A stretch of 63,064 nt of DNA, counting the filler, from Octopus bimaculoides (taxonomy: Eukaryota), in NCBI RefSeq assembly GCF_001194135.2. It is 6 parts of 5 records of this genome, joined end to end, with 100 filler letters (N's around TTAATTAATTAA, not from the genome) between each part and the next. Parts side by side here need not be neighbours in the genome. Positions count along the whole stretch, not along the records: positions 21,092 to 42,742 come from NC_068990.1; 5 more parts are not named here. One strand, written 5' to 3'. The translations under genes and the position numbers were made by a program. A model generated the notes under the pieces. That model worked only from the letters and a program-made list of their open reading frames with translations, was not told the DNA's origin and ran no database searches. Numbering within the stretch: position 1 is the first letter of the stretch; every line of letters begins with the position of its first letter. Below, piece after piece: positions 26,244-39,609 of this stretch.

Positions 26244-26394
26244 NNNNNNNNNNNNNNNNNNNNNNNNNNNNNNNNNNNNNNNNNNNNNNNNNNNNNNNNN
26301 NNNNNNNNNNNNNNNNNNNNNNNNNNNNNNNNNNNNNNNNNNNNNNNNNNNNNNNNNNNNNNNNNNNNNNNNNNNNNNNNNNNNNNNNNNNNNN

Positions 26395-26444
<50 letters not shown>

Positions 26445-26789
26445 TATTCCTACATATGTATACTTAAATATTTTCATGAGTACCCGTACATAGATTTGCA
26501 TGTCTAACTATACACAGATATACAAATGCACATGCATGCACAGTTACATACACATATGTAGACTCATTCTCCCCACCAATCTGGAATTTTGCTGGTTTTT
26601 TTGTCTTCTGCTCTTTGCTCTCTCCCCTTTTTTCTCTCCTCTTCTTGCTCTATCTCATCCCACTTCCCTATTTCATTATATCTATATATAAATCTCTATC
26701 TACATATATAAATATATATCTGTGTATCTACGTATATATATGTTTGTGTCTGTATGCAAGTATATGTGTGCAATCGCCATGATAGATCG

Positions 26790-26979
26790 CTAGCCACTAC
26801 ACATTCCTTCTTTTCCTCTACGTGCTTCTCTCCTTGTTTCTTTTTGTGTTCCTTTCTGTGGAAGAGCAAAGGCTCGAAACATTAAAGACTTTTTCACTTC
26901 CTGAGCGTTATACTAACACATTTGTTTGTTTTCTACACCACCTGTGTTCGTCTTTTGTTTTTTTTTTGTAAATTCTCCC

Positions 26980-26990
<11 letters not shown>
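26790..26990 (+). mobile_element. Probable PLE pseudo-LTR/retrozyme-like segment carrying a degenerate hammerhead motif
   Basis: Pyrimidine-rich segment with the same layout as 57230-57420 (core-a-stemII-gaaac ... cctgagcgtY-a(t/a)act/aatac). Confidence 0.5.
26856..26910 (+). ncRNA. Degenerate type I hammerhead ribozyme-like motif
   Basis: CTGTGGA (A6 of CUGANGA mutated) + a + stem II GAGC-aaag-GCTC + GAAAC ... gagcGTT as the putative cleavage triplet. Confidence 0.45.
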
Positions 26991-27010
<20 letters not shown>

Positions 27011-27021
27011 GCACACATCTA

Positions 27022-27095
<74 letters not shown>

Positions 27096-27177
27096 CATGA
27101 ATGTATATATGTATATATATATATGTATACATATATATGTGTGTGTGTATATATATATATATGTGTGTGTGTGTGTA

Positions 27178-27222
<45 letters not shown>

Positions 27223-27465
27223 ATATATATATATATGTATGTATATATATATATATATTTATGTATGTATATATGTATATATATACGTATATGTATNNNN
27301 NNNNNNNNNNNNNNNNNNNNNNNNNNNNNNNNNNNNNNNNNNNNNNNNNNNNNNNNNNNNNNNNNNNNNNNNNNNNNNNNNNNNNNNNNNNNNNNNNNNN
27401 NNNNNNNNNNNNNNNNNNNNNNNNNNNNNNNNNNNNNNNNNNNNNNNNNNNNNNNNNNNNNNNNN

Positions 27466-27509
<44 letters not shown>

Positions 27510-27559
27510 GCTTTATCTGTCTATGTATTTATCTATCTATATATCTATCTATCAATCTG

Positions 27560-27760
27560 TTTTCCCCCAACCACGATTTGATAACTGGTGTTGGTATATT
27601 TCTGTCCCTGTAACTTAGCAGTTTGGCAATAGAGACCAATAGAATAAATGACAAGCTTGGAAAATAATAAAATAGGTACTGGCGTTGACTCATTCTACTA
27701 AAGATTCTTCAAGTTGGCACCCCAGCATTAATAAGTCCAGTAACTGAAACAAGTAAAATA
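27560..27760 (+). mobile_element. SINE family B, 3' half
   Basis: cccccaaccacgatttgataactggtgttgg...gtaacttagcagtttggcaatagagaccaatagaata...ccagcatt...gtaactgaaacaagtaaaa. Confidence 0.75.
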
Positions 27761-27802
27761 TAAATGAAATATATGTATTTGTGTGTGTGTGTGTGTATGC
27801 TT

Positions 27803-27853
<51 letters not shown>

Positions 27854-29006
27854 CACACACATATATATATACACACACACATATATATATATACATATAT
27901 ATGCATATACATACAAATATATATTGATATGCAAAACTTAAGAAACTAAGCCAAATAAGAATTAAATTTCATAAGGAGACTCTGATGTACCACTAATTAT
28001 ACACAAACAGTGGTCCTCTTAATTGGTACACGTTTTTTTTTTACCTAGGTGGACAAAATTAATAATGTTGGTGACAGGAGACAAACCTGGTTAGCTTATT
28101 GTGTATTGCCAACTTTTCTTATTACGTCCTTGACTTATTCTAAATACCTTATGATCTTAGCTTATTGTTCTTCATAAACCCAACTTATTCTACCCTACAA
28201 TCTTGGGTTACTGTACTCTACGAACCTCATTTATTCTAGCCAAAAAAAAAAAAAAATCTTGGTTCATTACTGTCTATAATTCCAGCTTCATATACTTAGC
28301 TTATAAACTTGTCTTATTGTAATCTATAAACTGGGTTGTTTTAATAGTTTTTATGTAAATGATACAATAAACATGCACTGAATGAAGGACTCAAATACTG
28401 TTCATAGATTCGAAATAATATTTTATATTAGTGATGACTGTTTCCTTTGAAGTTCCACTATTAAAACTACTTTGAGAAACCAGTATTAATGGCAAAACTT
28501 CAAAATAAACAGTCACTATTAATATTATATATATATANNNNNNNNNNNNNNNNNNNNNNNNNNNNNNNNNNNNNNNNNNNNNNNNNNNNNNNNNNNNNNN
28601 NNNNNNNNNNNNNNNNNNNNNNNNNNNNNNNNNNNNNNNNNNNNNNNNNNNNNNNNNNNNNNNNNNNNNNNNNNNNNNNNNNNNNNNNNNNNNNNNNNNN
28701 NNNNNNNNNNNNNNNNNNNNNNNNNNNNNNNNNNNNNNNNNNNNNNNNNNNNNNNNNNNNNNNNNNNNNNNNNNNNNNNNNNNNNNNNNNNNNNNNNNNN
28801 NNNNNNNNNNNNNNNNNNNNNNNNNNNNNNNNNNNNNNNNNNNNNNNNNNNNNNNNNNNNNNNNNNNNNNNNNNNNNNNNNNNNNNNNNNNNNNNNNNNN
28901 NNNNNNNNNNNNNNNNNNNNNNNNNNNNNNNNNNNNNNNNNNNNNNNNNNNNNNNNNNNNNNNNNNNNNNNNNNNNNNNNNNNNNNNNNNNNNNNNNNNN
29001 NNNNNN

Positions 29007-29041
<35 letters not shown>

Positions 29042-29149
29042 TAAACAGATATATATGTGTGCATGTTTGCAAGTGTGCATGTGTATGTGAGTTTACTTAT
29101 GTGTGTATGTCTGTGTTTGTCTCCCACAACCATCGCTTGACAACCGATG

Positions 29150-29388
29150 GAGGTAGAATTCTGGGTAAACAAACATCCACAAAAATTCAAGCAAGGTTCT
29201 CCAAGGAGTTTATACTTGAAGGACGACACCTAGTACTCAAAAATAACTACTTCTTCTTTGACAACCAATATTACCTACAAATACATGGAACTGCAATGAG
29301 TACCAAAGTAGCACCAACATTTGCGGGTGGAAGTCTTGCCATTTTTGGAAAAATAAATGAGAGGAAACTTGACCGGAAAGTGTATTAA
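29150..29388 (+). mobile_element. Penelope-like RT fragment
   Basis: EVEFWVNKHP/ARFSKEFILEGRHLVLKNNYFFFDNQYYLQIHGTAMSTKVAPTFA contains the canonical PLE motif NNYFxF...YxQxxGTAMGTKxAPxYA. Confidence 0.9.
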
Positions 29389-29520
29389 ATAATAAAGCAC
29401 TAAAACAGAATGAGTCTTGTTAGACATAGCATTATATATGTGTGTGTATGTGTGTGTGTGTGTGTGTGTTTGTTTGTGTATGTTTGTTTGTGTGTGGGTG
29501 TGTGTGTGTGTATGTGTGTG

Positions 29521-29712
29521 TTTCAGTCATTGGACTGCTGCAGTCACACTGAAGGGTTTAATTGAAAATATTCACCCCCAGTACTTATGTCTTTTTAAGT
29601 TTGGTACTTATTCTAGAGGTCCCTTTTGGCAATCCACGAACTTGTTAGAACGTAAACAAACCGACACTAGTTCTCAAATGGTGGCGGTGGACAATCAATC
29701 ACCATGACACAA
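29521..29712 (-). mobile_element. SINE family B, diverged 3' half
   Basis: tttcagtcattggactgc...gtacttat...ttggcaatccacgaacttgttagaacgtaaacaaaccgacac is the reverse complement of the family B 3' part. Confidence 0.6.
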
Positions 29713-30085
29713 ACACGCATGTAAGTATGTGTATATGTTTATATATCTATCTGTATATATGTGTGTTTGTATGCGTCTGTGCATGTTGTGTGTGTGTGTG
29801 TGCATGTACATGCATGCATTTACACTTGGTCCTTCACTCATTGTCTTGCCATTACCCAGCGGCATCTTGCTGCCAGTGCCACTAGAGGGGAGTAATATAA
29901 ATGTTGAAGGTACAAAATTGTTTGACCCTTTGGCTGATAATTGACAAGGATCTGGTGAACTTCTGTGTCTGTTTTCTAGTTTTTTTTGTGCATATACAAT
30001 TTTTTTAAAACTTATACATGTATGTATATTTATATATATATAAATATTAATATTTCTAAGTCTCTCTCTCTATATATATATTTAA

Positions 30086-30157
<72 letters not shown>

Positions 30158-30549
30158 GTCTGTATGAGTTAGAGTTTAAACAACCATCTAAGAGATAATA
30201 AATATCCAATATATACTGAATGTATACCAATGTATTTATATCCAAATGCTTACTGTTACATGGCAGTAGTGCATTGAATAATAGGTATGAGTGGGGATAA
30301 ACAAAAATTTATCCAGAATTTATAAAGTAAAGAAGAAAATGGAGAAGATAATTAACAAACATCAGCCTGCAAACATCATTTGGATCTGTATATTAATTAC
30401 AATCATATGTATAAATAAGTAAGTAAAAAGTAAACAAATAAATGAAAAGGTATAAATGAGTGAATAATACTATACTCTTACAGTTGTCTCTACTTTGGTG
30501 GTCGATTCTGCCAGAGTTGACACATTATATCAATATTATACAGATATTG

Positions 30550-30592
<43 letters not shown>

Positions 30593-30610
30593 AACCATCC
30601 TCTCACACCA

Positions 30611-30656
30611 TCTCCAATGAAGGGATATAATAAATATCTTGGAAACAGCTGTAAGA
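30611..30656 (+). ncRNA. Minimal type I hammerhead-like motif with palindromic stem III (degenerate core)
   Basis: Stem I tct/aga; core CCAATGA (two changes from CTGATGA); stem II GGGATAT-aataa-ATATCTT; GAAA; palindrome ACAGCTGT; GTA triplet. Confidence 0.6.
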
Positions 30657-30718
30657 CCTTCTATTTATAAATGTTCTACATTATATACAGTCTTTGTTTT
30701 TTTATCTTATTACGAAAT

Positions 30719-30795
<77 letters not shown>

Positions 30796-31990
30796 CATGT
30801 ATATACTGGTAACTAGATAGATAGATAGCGAGACATGCTAGCTCAATTTTTTTCTTAATATTTACATGCCCTCTGTATTTATGGCTTGTATTTCACATAT
30901 GGCTAAATGCCTGTGCAATTGCTGAAAACGAGTCTCACCATCTAACAAGTGGGTTTTCATTTCAAACTGGCTGTGAAACATATCCAGCTATGAGGACATA
31001 TCACCCTGTATGGATGGATATAGATGGCAGTTGAGCATCAGCCTGCTGAATATTTGCTTCAACAAATTCCACCTGACCCATGCAAGCAAGGAAAACTAGA
31101 CATTAAAATGATTATGATGATACATACATACATACATCTGTGTATAATATGTAAGTGTATATGCAGCATACACACCTACACATATGTATAAGCACTGCCA
31201 CACACAAAACACATATTTATAAGCACCTCCCACCGTGCTTATGTATATATCTATAAATTGACGGCTACAATACTTAACAAAGTAGGAATAAAATCAACAA
31301 CAGAAGCAAACTTCATTTCATAATAAGTTTGCATAGAAAATGGAAAAAATTTCTTCCTAGTTGACCTAAGGGTGAACAAGCCAAATATTCACGCTTCTCT
31401 CTTTGTCTCTTTGAGAACCTATTTAGAATTTAAGGAAGGGTATGATCATTAAAGAATTTGGGGTTGGCACTTGTAGTTTTGATTCCATTGTTGTCCAAGT
31501 CAACTTTGAAGAAAAGGTATGCTGGAAGGACTTTCTCCAAACAACATGCATTATAGAAAAAACATTCTTAATCAACTCTTCATCTGCCTTATTTTACTTT
31601 ACTGAAGAATTCAATAGAATTAGCATTGTATGTATTGTATTCTGGGAGAATAAATAAATAAAATAAATATATTAAAAAAAAATGCAATAAATATATAGAT
31701 AAAAAATACATAAAAAATATGAAAGTGTACGTATATGTGTACAGACACATACATACAAGCATTCGCATAGGTATATAAAAAATATCATGGAAAAAAAAAC
31801 AAAAACAAAAAAAACAGACACATCACCACAGTCAACACCACACCCTGTGCCATCACTACAACCACCTCAGTAAAACAGATAAACAAACACACAAATCAAA
31901 TAGCAATATAGTTAACAAGTAAATGAGGTGGAGGCGGGGAAATTGTCAGCGGGCTTCCAGGAATGTACACGTTTCATATACTTACCTGCA

Positions 31991-32024
<34 letters not shown>

Positions 32025-32218
32025 NNNNNNNNNNNNNNNNNNNNNNNNNNNNNNNNNNNNNNNNNNNNNNNNNNNNNNNNNNNNNNNNNNNNNNNNNNNN
32101 NNNNNNNNNNNNNNNNNNNNNNNNNNNNNNNNNNNNNNNNNNNNNNNNNNNNNNNNNNNNNNNNNNNNNNNNNNNNNNNNNNNNNNNNNNNNNNNNNNNN
32201 NNNNNNNNNNNNNNNNNN

Positions 32219-32264
<46 letters not shown>

Positions 32265-32924
32265 CTAATGTAAAAGGTAAACTAGACGGCACCCTCTCCG
32301 CCCTGAAGAGCAAAACAAAAACAAACAAAGGAAGAAAATTAATGAAAGTAAAAAATAGTAAATAAGGCCTATTAGTCTGTAATTGTAGGTTTTTTGGTAG
32401 GACTGAGTCGTGTTGTAGTGGCTGCGGTGTGATGGTGGGTTGCCAGTGTTATTTGTTGTAGTGACGATGGTGTTGTAGTTGTTGTTGCTGTCGTTTTTGT
32501 TGTTGTTGTTGGTGGTGGTGGTGATGGTGTTATTTGTTGAGATTTAGGGTGGATGTAGTAGTAGTAGTAGTAGTAGTAGTAGTTCAATTACAATTATGCT
32601 GATGTAGAGATGTGTCGAAACTACAAACATGTTCACTTAGTTTGTAACAGAGAAATGTTTTTTTTTGGCTCTGGTGGCGATGGTGGATGTAGTGGTGGTG
32701 GTGTTGGTGGTAGTGGTGCTGGTGGTTGTGAGATTAGTAGTTGTTGTTGGTGGTGTTGCTGTTGTGAATTCTGATTCTTATTGCGTTGTTGGTGTTGCTG
32801 GTTGTTGCGATAATGTTTGTGGTTGTTGCGATAATGTTTGTGGTTGTTACAAGGTGTTAGCAGTGTTAAAGGTGGATCTGACTTCGCATATTTCTCTCTC
32901 TCTCAATAAAAGAAACATCTAAGA

Positions 32925-33135
32925 CAGCAAGTTTAGCTGAATCATTAACTTGCCCGGCAAAACGCTCAGTGGCATTTCTTCCTACTTTGTGTTCTGAGTT
33001 CAAATTCTGCTGAGCTCAGCTTTGCCTTTCATCATTTCAGGATCGATATAAGTACCAGTTGAAACTGGGGTCAATTGTAATTGACTTAACCCTTCCTAAA
33101 ACTTCTGGCCTTTTGCCAAAATTTGAAACTAATAA
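32925..33135 (+). mobile_element. SINE family A
   Basis: gacagcaagtttagctgaatcattaac...gttctgagttcaaattctgctgag...ctttgcctttcatc...aagtaccagttgaaactggggtcaat. Confidence 0.8.
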
Positions 33136-33212
33136 CAGAAATTATCTTGATTGTAACAATGCACCATTTTTTCTGGTGTGTGTGTGTGTGTGTGTGTGTG
33201 AGTACATATAAA

Positions 33213-33415
33213 TCATCATCATCATCGTCATAATGCTGGCATGAGTTGGACAGTTTGACATGGAGCTGGCCAGCCAGGGAGTTTTCCATACTCCAATTGT
33301 CTGTTGTGGCATGGTTTCTTTCTATGGCTGGTTGCTCTTCCTAATGCCAGCCAGAGAGTGCTGAGTGCTTTTCACATCCCACTGGCACGGGTGTCGTTAT
33401 GCAGCACCAGCACAT
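33213..33415 (-). mobile_element. Family C: RTE-tailed SINE/LINE 3' end, diverged
   Basis: (atc)n...atgctggcatgagttggacagtttgac...ctatggctggttgctcttcctaatgcca. Confidence 0.65.
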
Positions 33416-33420
33416 AGTAG

Positions 33421-33580
33421 GAAAGTGTTCTTTCAGCACAGATGATTTCATTGTTTAATCGTTTCTAATCTTTTGCATCCAGAAGTCTTCCACATGACTT
33501 GAAAAGAGACACCAAACTTGCACTAACTTCATAAACAGAGTTCTTTGAAAACTGTAGTAGTGAAATACTGACACCCCTGT
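33421..33580 (-). mobile_element. mariner-like element, 5' end remnant
   Basis: The minus strand starts with the TIR-like acaggggtgtcagtatttcactac and reaches ATG-KSSVLKEHF, resembling the mariner N-terminus (..KEHxR), then is cut by a family C insertion. Confidence 0.45.
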
Positions 33581-34876
33581 CGGACAGCAAGTGAACTGTC
33601 CTAAACCTTATGACGCGTATACATACTGACAGTGCGAGGTACAGTGTGGTGTGTGCAGTTGATTTGTGAAGGCAGATGTAGAAGTTAAAAAGAAAAGATG
33701 TAAGTTTGTTACTGATTTAGTTTTTGTAGTGTTATAACACTGTTAGAGTGTAGTCTATATCAAAACCATAAGGATATAAGAAAAACATATTCCACAAGGG
33801 ATATGTCAATCTTGTCTTGTTCAATAACACAAAGATATATCATTATACCAAGCCTGAACATGAATAATGCGAAACTAGGAAGGACATCAGTTGTTGCAAG
33901 TTTGTTACAAATGCCAAGTTTCAATATCACTGACACTCCACTTGGCAATTGTAACATATTTGAAAATTGTAACAATTTGAAACAGCAAAGTGTGTATCAT
34001 AAAAGAGACTACTCATTTCTTCAAGGACAGAAAATAGTTGAGCCCCGTTCCTATACATGAACCAATTTGATATCACCTTTTTGACACTTGAGTGCCTTTA
34101 CCAAAGCCCATCCTGTTGCGAACATTCAGACCAGGTCTCCCATTTGAGTATACCTGTTTTCCTCTCTCCCACCTTTGTCTAAGGGCCTGTAAAGGATCAT
34201 GGGTACTGCTTTCCTTGTGGACTAACCCTCTATAAAGCTCAGATGAGATCCACAATGAGAATAGTGATCCGACACCTGGTGGGGGATGAATACTGCAACA
34301 CACACACACACACACACACAAACATCCTGGAACACTGCTAAAGAAAAGTCATTTGAATGATTAACATCAAGTCACTCGTCAACCTATTCTCATCTCTGGC
34401 TGACAAAATGATTTTGTTTGCTTTATCTACTTTTATAACAGAGACCTCAGTTTTTGGAATCAGCCCCCCCCCCCCCACACACATACACACACAAATATTT
34501 GACTTCTGGAATTTTCTCCTTTCAAATTTTTTCCTGAAGCAATCATCATGCAAACTGCTCAAGATTAACTTCAGCTATTTCACTACTCCTGCATGGCTTG
34601 CAAAGACCATGGGCACAATATATGCACAGATAAATAATTGTTGGAAGAAAAGATCTGAAATTTGTTACCCTATTTAATATATTCATTTTATTCTCTGTCA
34701 ACTCATCTGATTAATACAGGCAGTGTGTATACTATAGTTTATATGTTAAAATGAAAACTGTTACAAGACAATGTTTTCCATCCTAACTGTATCTTGTGTA
34801 TATACATGCCTCAAGTTCACTTCATTTGTTTCCTTTTCACCAAAACACATCATTTACTAAATAGATTACTACTAAT

Positions 34877-35048
34877 AGGCGTAGGGGTGGCTGTGTGGTA
34901 AGTAGCTTGCTTACCAACCACATGGTTCCGGGTTCAGTCCTGCTGTGTGTCACCTTCGGCAAGTGTCTTTTGCTATAGCCTCGGGCCAACCAAAGCCTTG
35001 TGAGTGGATTTGGTAGACGGAAACTGAAAGAAGCCTGTTGTATATATG

Positions 35049-35085
<37 letters not shown>

Positions 35086-35294
35086 TTGTGTGTCTGTGTT
35101 TGTCCCCCCAACATCGCTTGACAACCGATGCTGGTGTGTTTATGTCCCTGTAACTTAGCAGTTCAGCAAAAGCGACCGATAGAATAAGTACTAAACTTCC
35201 AAAGAATAAGTCCTGGGGTCGAGTTGCTTGACTAAAGGTAGTGCTCCAGCATGGCCACAGTCAAATGACTGAAACAAGTAAAAAAAGGAGTAAA
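34877..35294 (+). mobile_element. SINE family B, near full length (tRNA-derived head, internal TA/TG microsatellite)
   Basis: ggcgtaggggtggctgtgtggtaagtagcttgcttaccaaccacatggttccgggttcagtcc (A/B-box-like) ... ccagcatggccacagtcaaatgactgaaacaagtaaaa. Confidence 0.95.
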
Positions 35295-36319
35295 TGACTT
35301 ATATAATCACAACCTGAAAAATTCTTTCACAACATGTAAATTAATTTATATGCAAATATATATTCACATTATTCAGTGTGTCTTTCTTTTGTAATTTGCC
35401 TATTATTACTAATCTGATGAGCAACCATGTAGCATTTTTTTTTTTTTTGTTTGGTTTGGTTTGCATTTAGTATTCATTCGTTGATGGACTATTTTATTTA
35501 TTGTTAATAAATGACCAGTTTTTAATTGGATTTTGAGGAAAAGGCAAAAGGATTATTGTCTTTAAATTAATGTCTGACTTTAGAATTGTTTAATGTAATG
35601 AGTTGCACTGTATCATTGTTATTGTTGTAGTGGTTCTTACTCTTTACTCACAAAACAATCCTGAATCAACAGACCTCTGATCAAATGCATTACAACAGCG
35701 ACAACTGTCTCGTCTGTTTTGTGTTGCTGTTGCTGATGTTGTTGTTTAGCCTTCAGCCAGCTCTGACCTTGCTGACATAGTAACAAGTATCCACTCTCTT
35801 TCTATATTGTTCTTATTGAGAATGCTGTAGTTGCATTTGTTGTTGCTGCTTAATTTCAAGTCAGCCCTGTTGCAGCAGACCTACGATGAAAAGTATTCTA
35901 GCAATGATCGTTGTCCAATCTGTGTCTGTTTATTTATATAATTTGAATGAATTCTAACTGCACCCAAGCAGGAGCTGTTACAAACGCAAAGTCAATTAGT
36001 GAGACAGTGTTGTACTTATCAGCCATATATTATAGTTGACATTACAATGCTTTAGAATTTATGGATTATCTTCCTCCTCCTCTCCATCATTTCATCACCT
36101 GCTTTTCCATGCTTGCATGGGTCAGATTAAGGCATATTACCTACAGATAATATGCCTTAATTTGTCACCAACCCTAACCTGTTTTCCAACAAGATAATAT
36201 TTCCCCATGCCTGGATATGTATTCATAGAAGATTGGAGAGAAAGAACACCACTTGTATGATGAGAGCACTCATTTACAATTATCACATTATATCAAAACA
36301 AAGAGACACAAATTACATG

Positions 36320-36660
36320 CGCATACTTGGTTGGCACTCCGTCAGTTACAACGACGAGGGTTCCAGTTGATCCGATCAACGGAGCAGCCTGCTTGTGAAA
36401 TTAATGTGCAAGTGGCTGAGCACTCCACAGACACGTGTACCCTTAACGTAGTTCTTGGGGATATTCAGTGTGACACAGTGTGACAAGGCTGACCCTTTGA
36501 ATTACAGGCACAACAGAAACAGGATGTAAGAGTGAGAGAAAGTGTTGGTGAAAGAGTACAGCAGGGTTCGCCACCATCTCTGCCGGAGCCTCATGGAGCT
36601 TTAGGTGTTTTCGCTCAATAAACACTCACAACACCCAGTCTGGGAATCGAAACCATTGCG
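36320..36660 (-). mobile_element. SINE family D
   Basis: ggcactccgtcagttacaacgacgagggttccagttgatccgatcaacgg..., shared with 52275. The tRNA-like ggtttcgattcccagac head is at the right end on the minus strand. Confidence 0.85.
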
Positions 36661-36942
36661 CCTCCACACACGCACGTGCATGCATGCATATACTCACACA
36701 ATCACACACAAATGCATACACATGTGTATATATATATTCATTTTTTATTGGCTAAATCCACTTACAAAGCTTGAGACTACAGTAGAAACCATTTCCCAAA
36801 GGTGTCACTCAATGGGATTGAAACCAAAACCTTGTGACTAGATGAGAACTCCGTCATCACACAGCCATGAAAATTGCATACGAGGAAAATCACATTTGTT
36901 CATATAGTTCTTGATATACACTTTCTGAAAATATTATATGAT

Positions 36943-37106
36943 AGGCATAGGAGTGGCTGTGAGGTAAGCAGCTTGCTTACCAACCACATGGTTCCAGGTT
37001 CAGTCCCACTGCGTGGCATCTTGGGCAAGTGTCTTCTACTATAGCCTTGGGCCGACCAAAGCCTTGTGAGTGGATTTGGTAGCTGGAAACTGAAAGAAGC
37101 CCGTCG

Positions 37107-37143
<37 letters not shown>

Positions 37144-37368
37144 CTATGTGTTTGTGTGTCTGTGTTTGTCCCCCCAACATCGCTTGACAACCGATACTGG
37201 TGTGTTTACGTCCCCGTAACTTTGCAGTTCAGCAAAAGAGACTGATATAATAAGTACTAGGCTTCCAAAGAATAAGTCCTGGGGTCGATTTGCTCGACTA
37301 AACGTGGTGCTCCAGCATGGCCACAGTCAAAAGACTAAAACAAGTAAAAGAGTAAAGAGTAAAAGAGT
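36943..37368 (+). mobile_element. SINE family B, near full length
   Basis: Colinear with and highly similar to 34877-35294. Confidence 0.95.
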
Positions 37369-37772
37369 GATATTCATGGCTGGAACAAAAGTGGTCACAG
37401 ATCTGCAAATTCGGGTTTTACCATGGTTTCAAAAATCATTGATCACCTGATTTTGTTACTTGATTAATTAATGACAGACAGACTTTTGACTTCAAATATT
37501 TTTTTATTAAGTTATGAAATTTAGCATAAATTGTTGCTCAGAGTATCTGATAAGGAGTAATATTTAGTATGAAATTACCTGCAGGCACAAACTGTCTGAA
37601 TTAAGGAATTTAGCTTTGATTTTTTTTCTAGAAATATATATTCATTCTATTAACTTAAAATTGAATGCTCTGAACTTTGTACAAGATATATGTACATACA
37701 AACGTACATGTGCATAGGTGCATACGTATATGTGTGTGTGCATATCTAAATTTATGCATGTGTATTTATGTA

Positions 37773-37834
<62 letters not shown>

Positions 37835-39549
37835 CATATGTAGGTGTATATACATGTACACACATACACACACACACACACACATATATAAACTTATGTA
37901 CCTGAACACATTCATAATGCCAAAATCTATATAAGGGGATAAAAGTGTATATTCTTCTGGGTGAGATTGTGTATATATGGTTGCGTGTGTGTGATTGTTC
38001 GTGAATGAATTTAAAATTGACAAGCTATTGTATAATTACTATTGTTACTGAATGTACTGTAAAGTTGTATGCCACATGCATGAGCACACTCATTAGATAT
38101 AACATAGTAAGATATACATATACACGCACACACGCATATATACACACATATATAGATAGTGATATGATTCCAATGGTATGTATGCAGATGTGGTGTAGCT
38201 AGTGACATTTTGACATTTCGATGAGAAAATATCTTTAAAGATATTTTGATTTCTTTCGGTTTTTACAATTTCATTTCTATATGTATCTTATTTAATTATT
38301 TCACTTCTTAATACTGATTTTTATTCCTCTTCTCCTTCACCTATCTTCTCATTGGTCTTCTTTTCCTTCTTTCTTCACCATTTTATCTATCTTCTTTATG
38401 TATTTAGTGTTATTAGTTGCAGTAGAACATTATTATTGTTATTGTTATTATAGTCATTATTATTATTATTATTACTATTATTATTACTATTATTATTATT
38501 TTCATCGTTATTCTCAATGGGACAGGCAAGAAGAATTCAATTCAATACATTTTTTTGTATTATTTCACGAAAGGAAAAGTGTGAGATGAACTTTATCACT
38601 TAAACGGCAGTGAAGATGTTCGTGTCTAATGGCTAACATTTAAATAATCATCGTGTGATGAAAGCACCAACAAGTTATATATATAGCTATGTATGTATGT
38701 ACATATGTAAGAATTTCTACACTCAAGACAATGGCACACCCCTCCAACTGTCACAACATATACCCAGTACATTTAATCTATAGGTTTTATTCAAATGAAT
38801 TTTTTAGGCAATTTTTTTATGTACATTATAGTCATTTCATTTATTGTATCTTATTTATTTATTTTTGCATGTATGTCTAAAGAATAGGATAGAAAATTTT
38901 TGAAAAGGGTTTGAGTAAGTAAATTATAGAAGAAAATATACACACACATACATACACACTTACATACATCCATCCATGCATACATACATACATACATAAA
39001 TACATACACACACATATATATATATNNNNNNNNNNNNNNNNNNNNNNNNNNNNNNNNNNNNNNNNNNNNNNNNNNNNNNNNNNNNNNNNNNNNNNNNNNN
39101 NNNNNNNNNNNNNNNNNNNNNNNNNNNNNNNNNNNNNNNNNNNNNNNNNNNNNNNNNNNNNNNNNNNNNNNNNNNNNNNNNNNNNNNNNNNNNNNNNNNN
39201 NNNNNNNNNNNNNNNNNNNNNNNNNNNNNNNNNNNNNNNNNNNNNNNNNNNNNNNNNNNNNNNNNNNNNNNNNNNNNNNNNNNNNNNNNNNNNNNNNNNN
39301 NNNNNNNNNNNNNNNNNNNNNNNNNNNNNNNNNNNNNNNNNNNNNNNNNNNNNNNNNNNNNNNNNNNNNNNNNNNNNNNNNNNNNNNNNNNNNNNNNNNN
39401 NNNNNNNNNNNNNNNNNNNNNNNNNNNNNNNNNNNNNNNNNNNNNNNNNNNNNNNNNNNNNNNNNNNNNNNNNNNNNNNNNNNNNNNNNNNNNNNNNNNN
39501 NNNNNNNNNNNNNNNNNNNNNNNNNNNNNNNNNNNNNNNNNNNNNNNNN

Positions 39550-39609
<60 letters not shown>

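Noticed and set aside
31442-31657. 71-aa ORF with an aag|gtatgc donor, and an antisense open frame
   Set aside because: No recognisable domain, and the splice signals cannot be combined into a convincing exon.
34154-34275. Minus-strand AG/GT-bounded frame GVGSLFSLWISSELYRG... faintly like the TLDc motif GxFGLWLDxDLYxG
   Set aside because: Similarity is limited to a few residues, the downstream CxTFxN motif is absent and the donor is weak. Not supportable without a search.
34877-34960. tRNA-like A/B boxes at SINE heads as tRNA genes
   Set aside because: No complete cloverleaf; they continue into SINE bodies.
35413-35440. Other CTGATGA occurrences (about 35414 and 3875) as hammerhead cores
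   Set aside because: No downstream stem II-GAAA-stem III-NUH arrangement.
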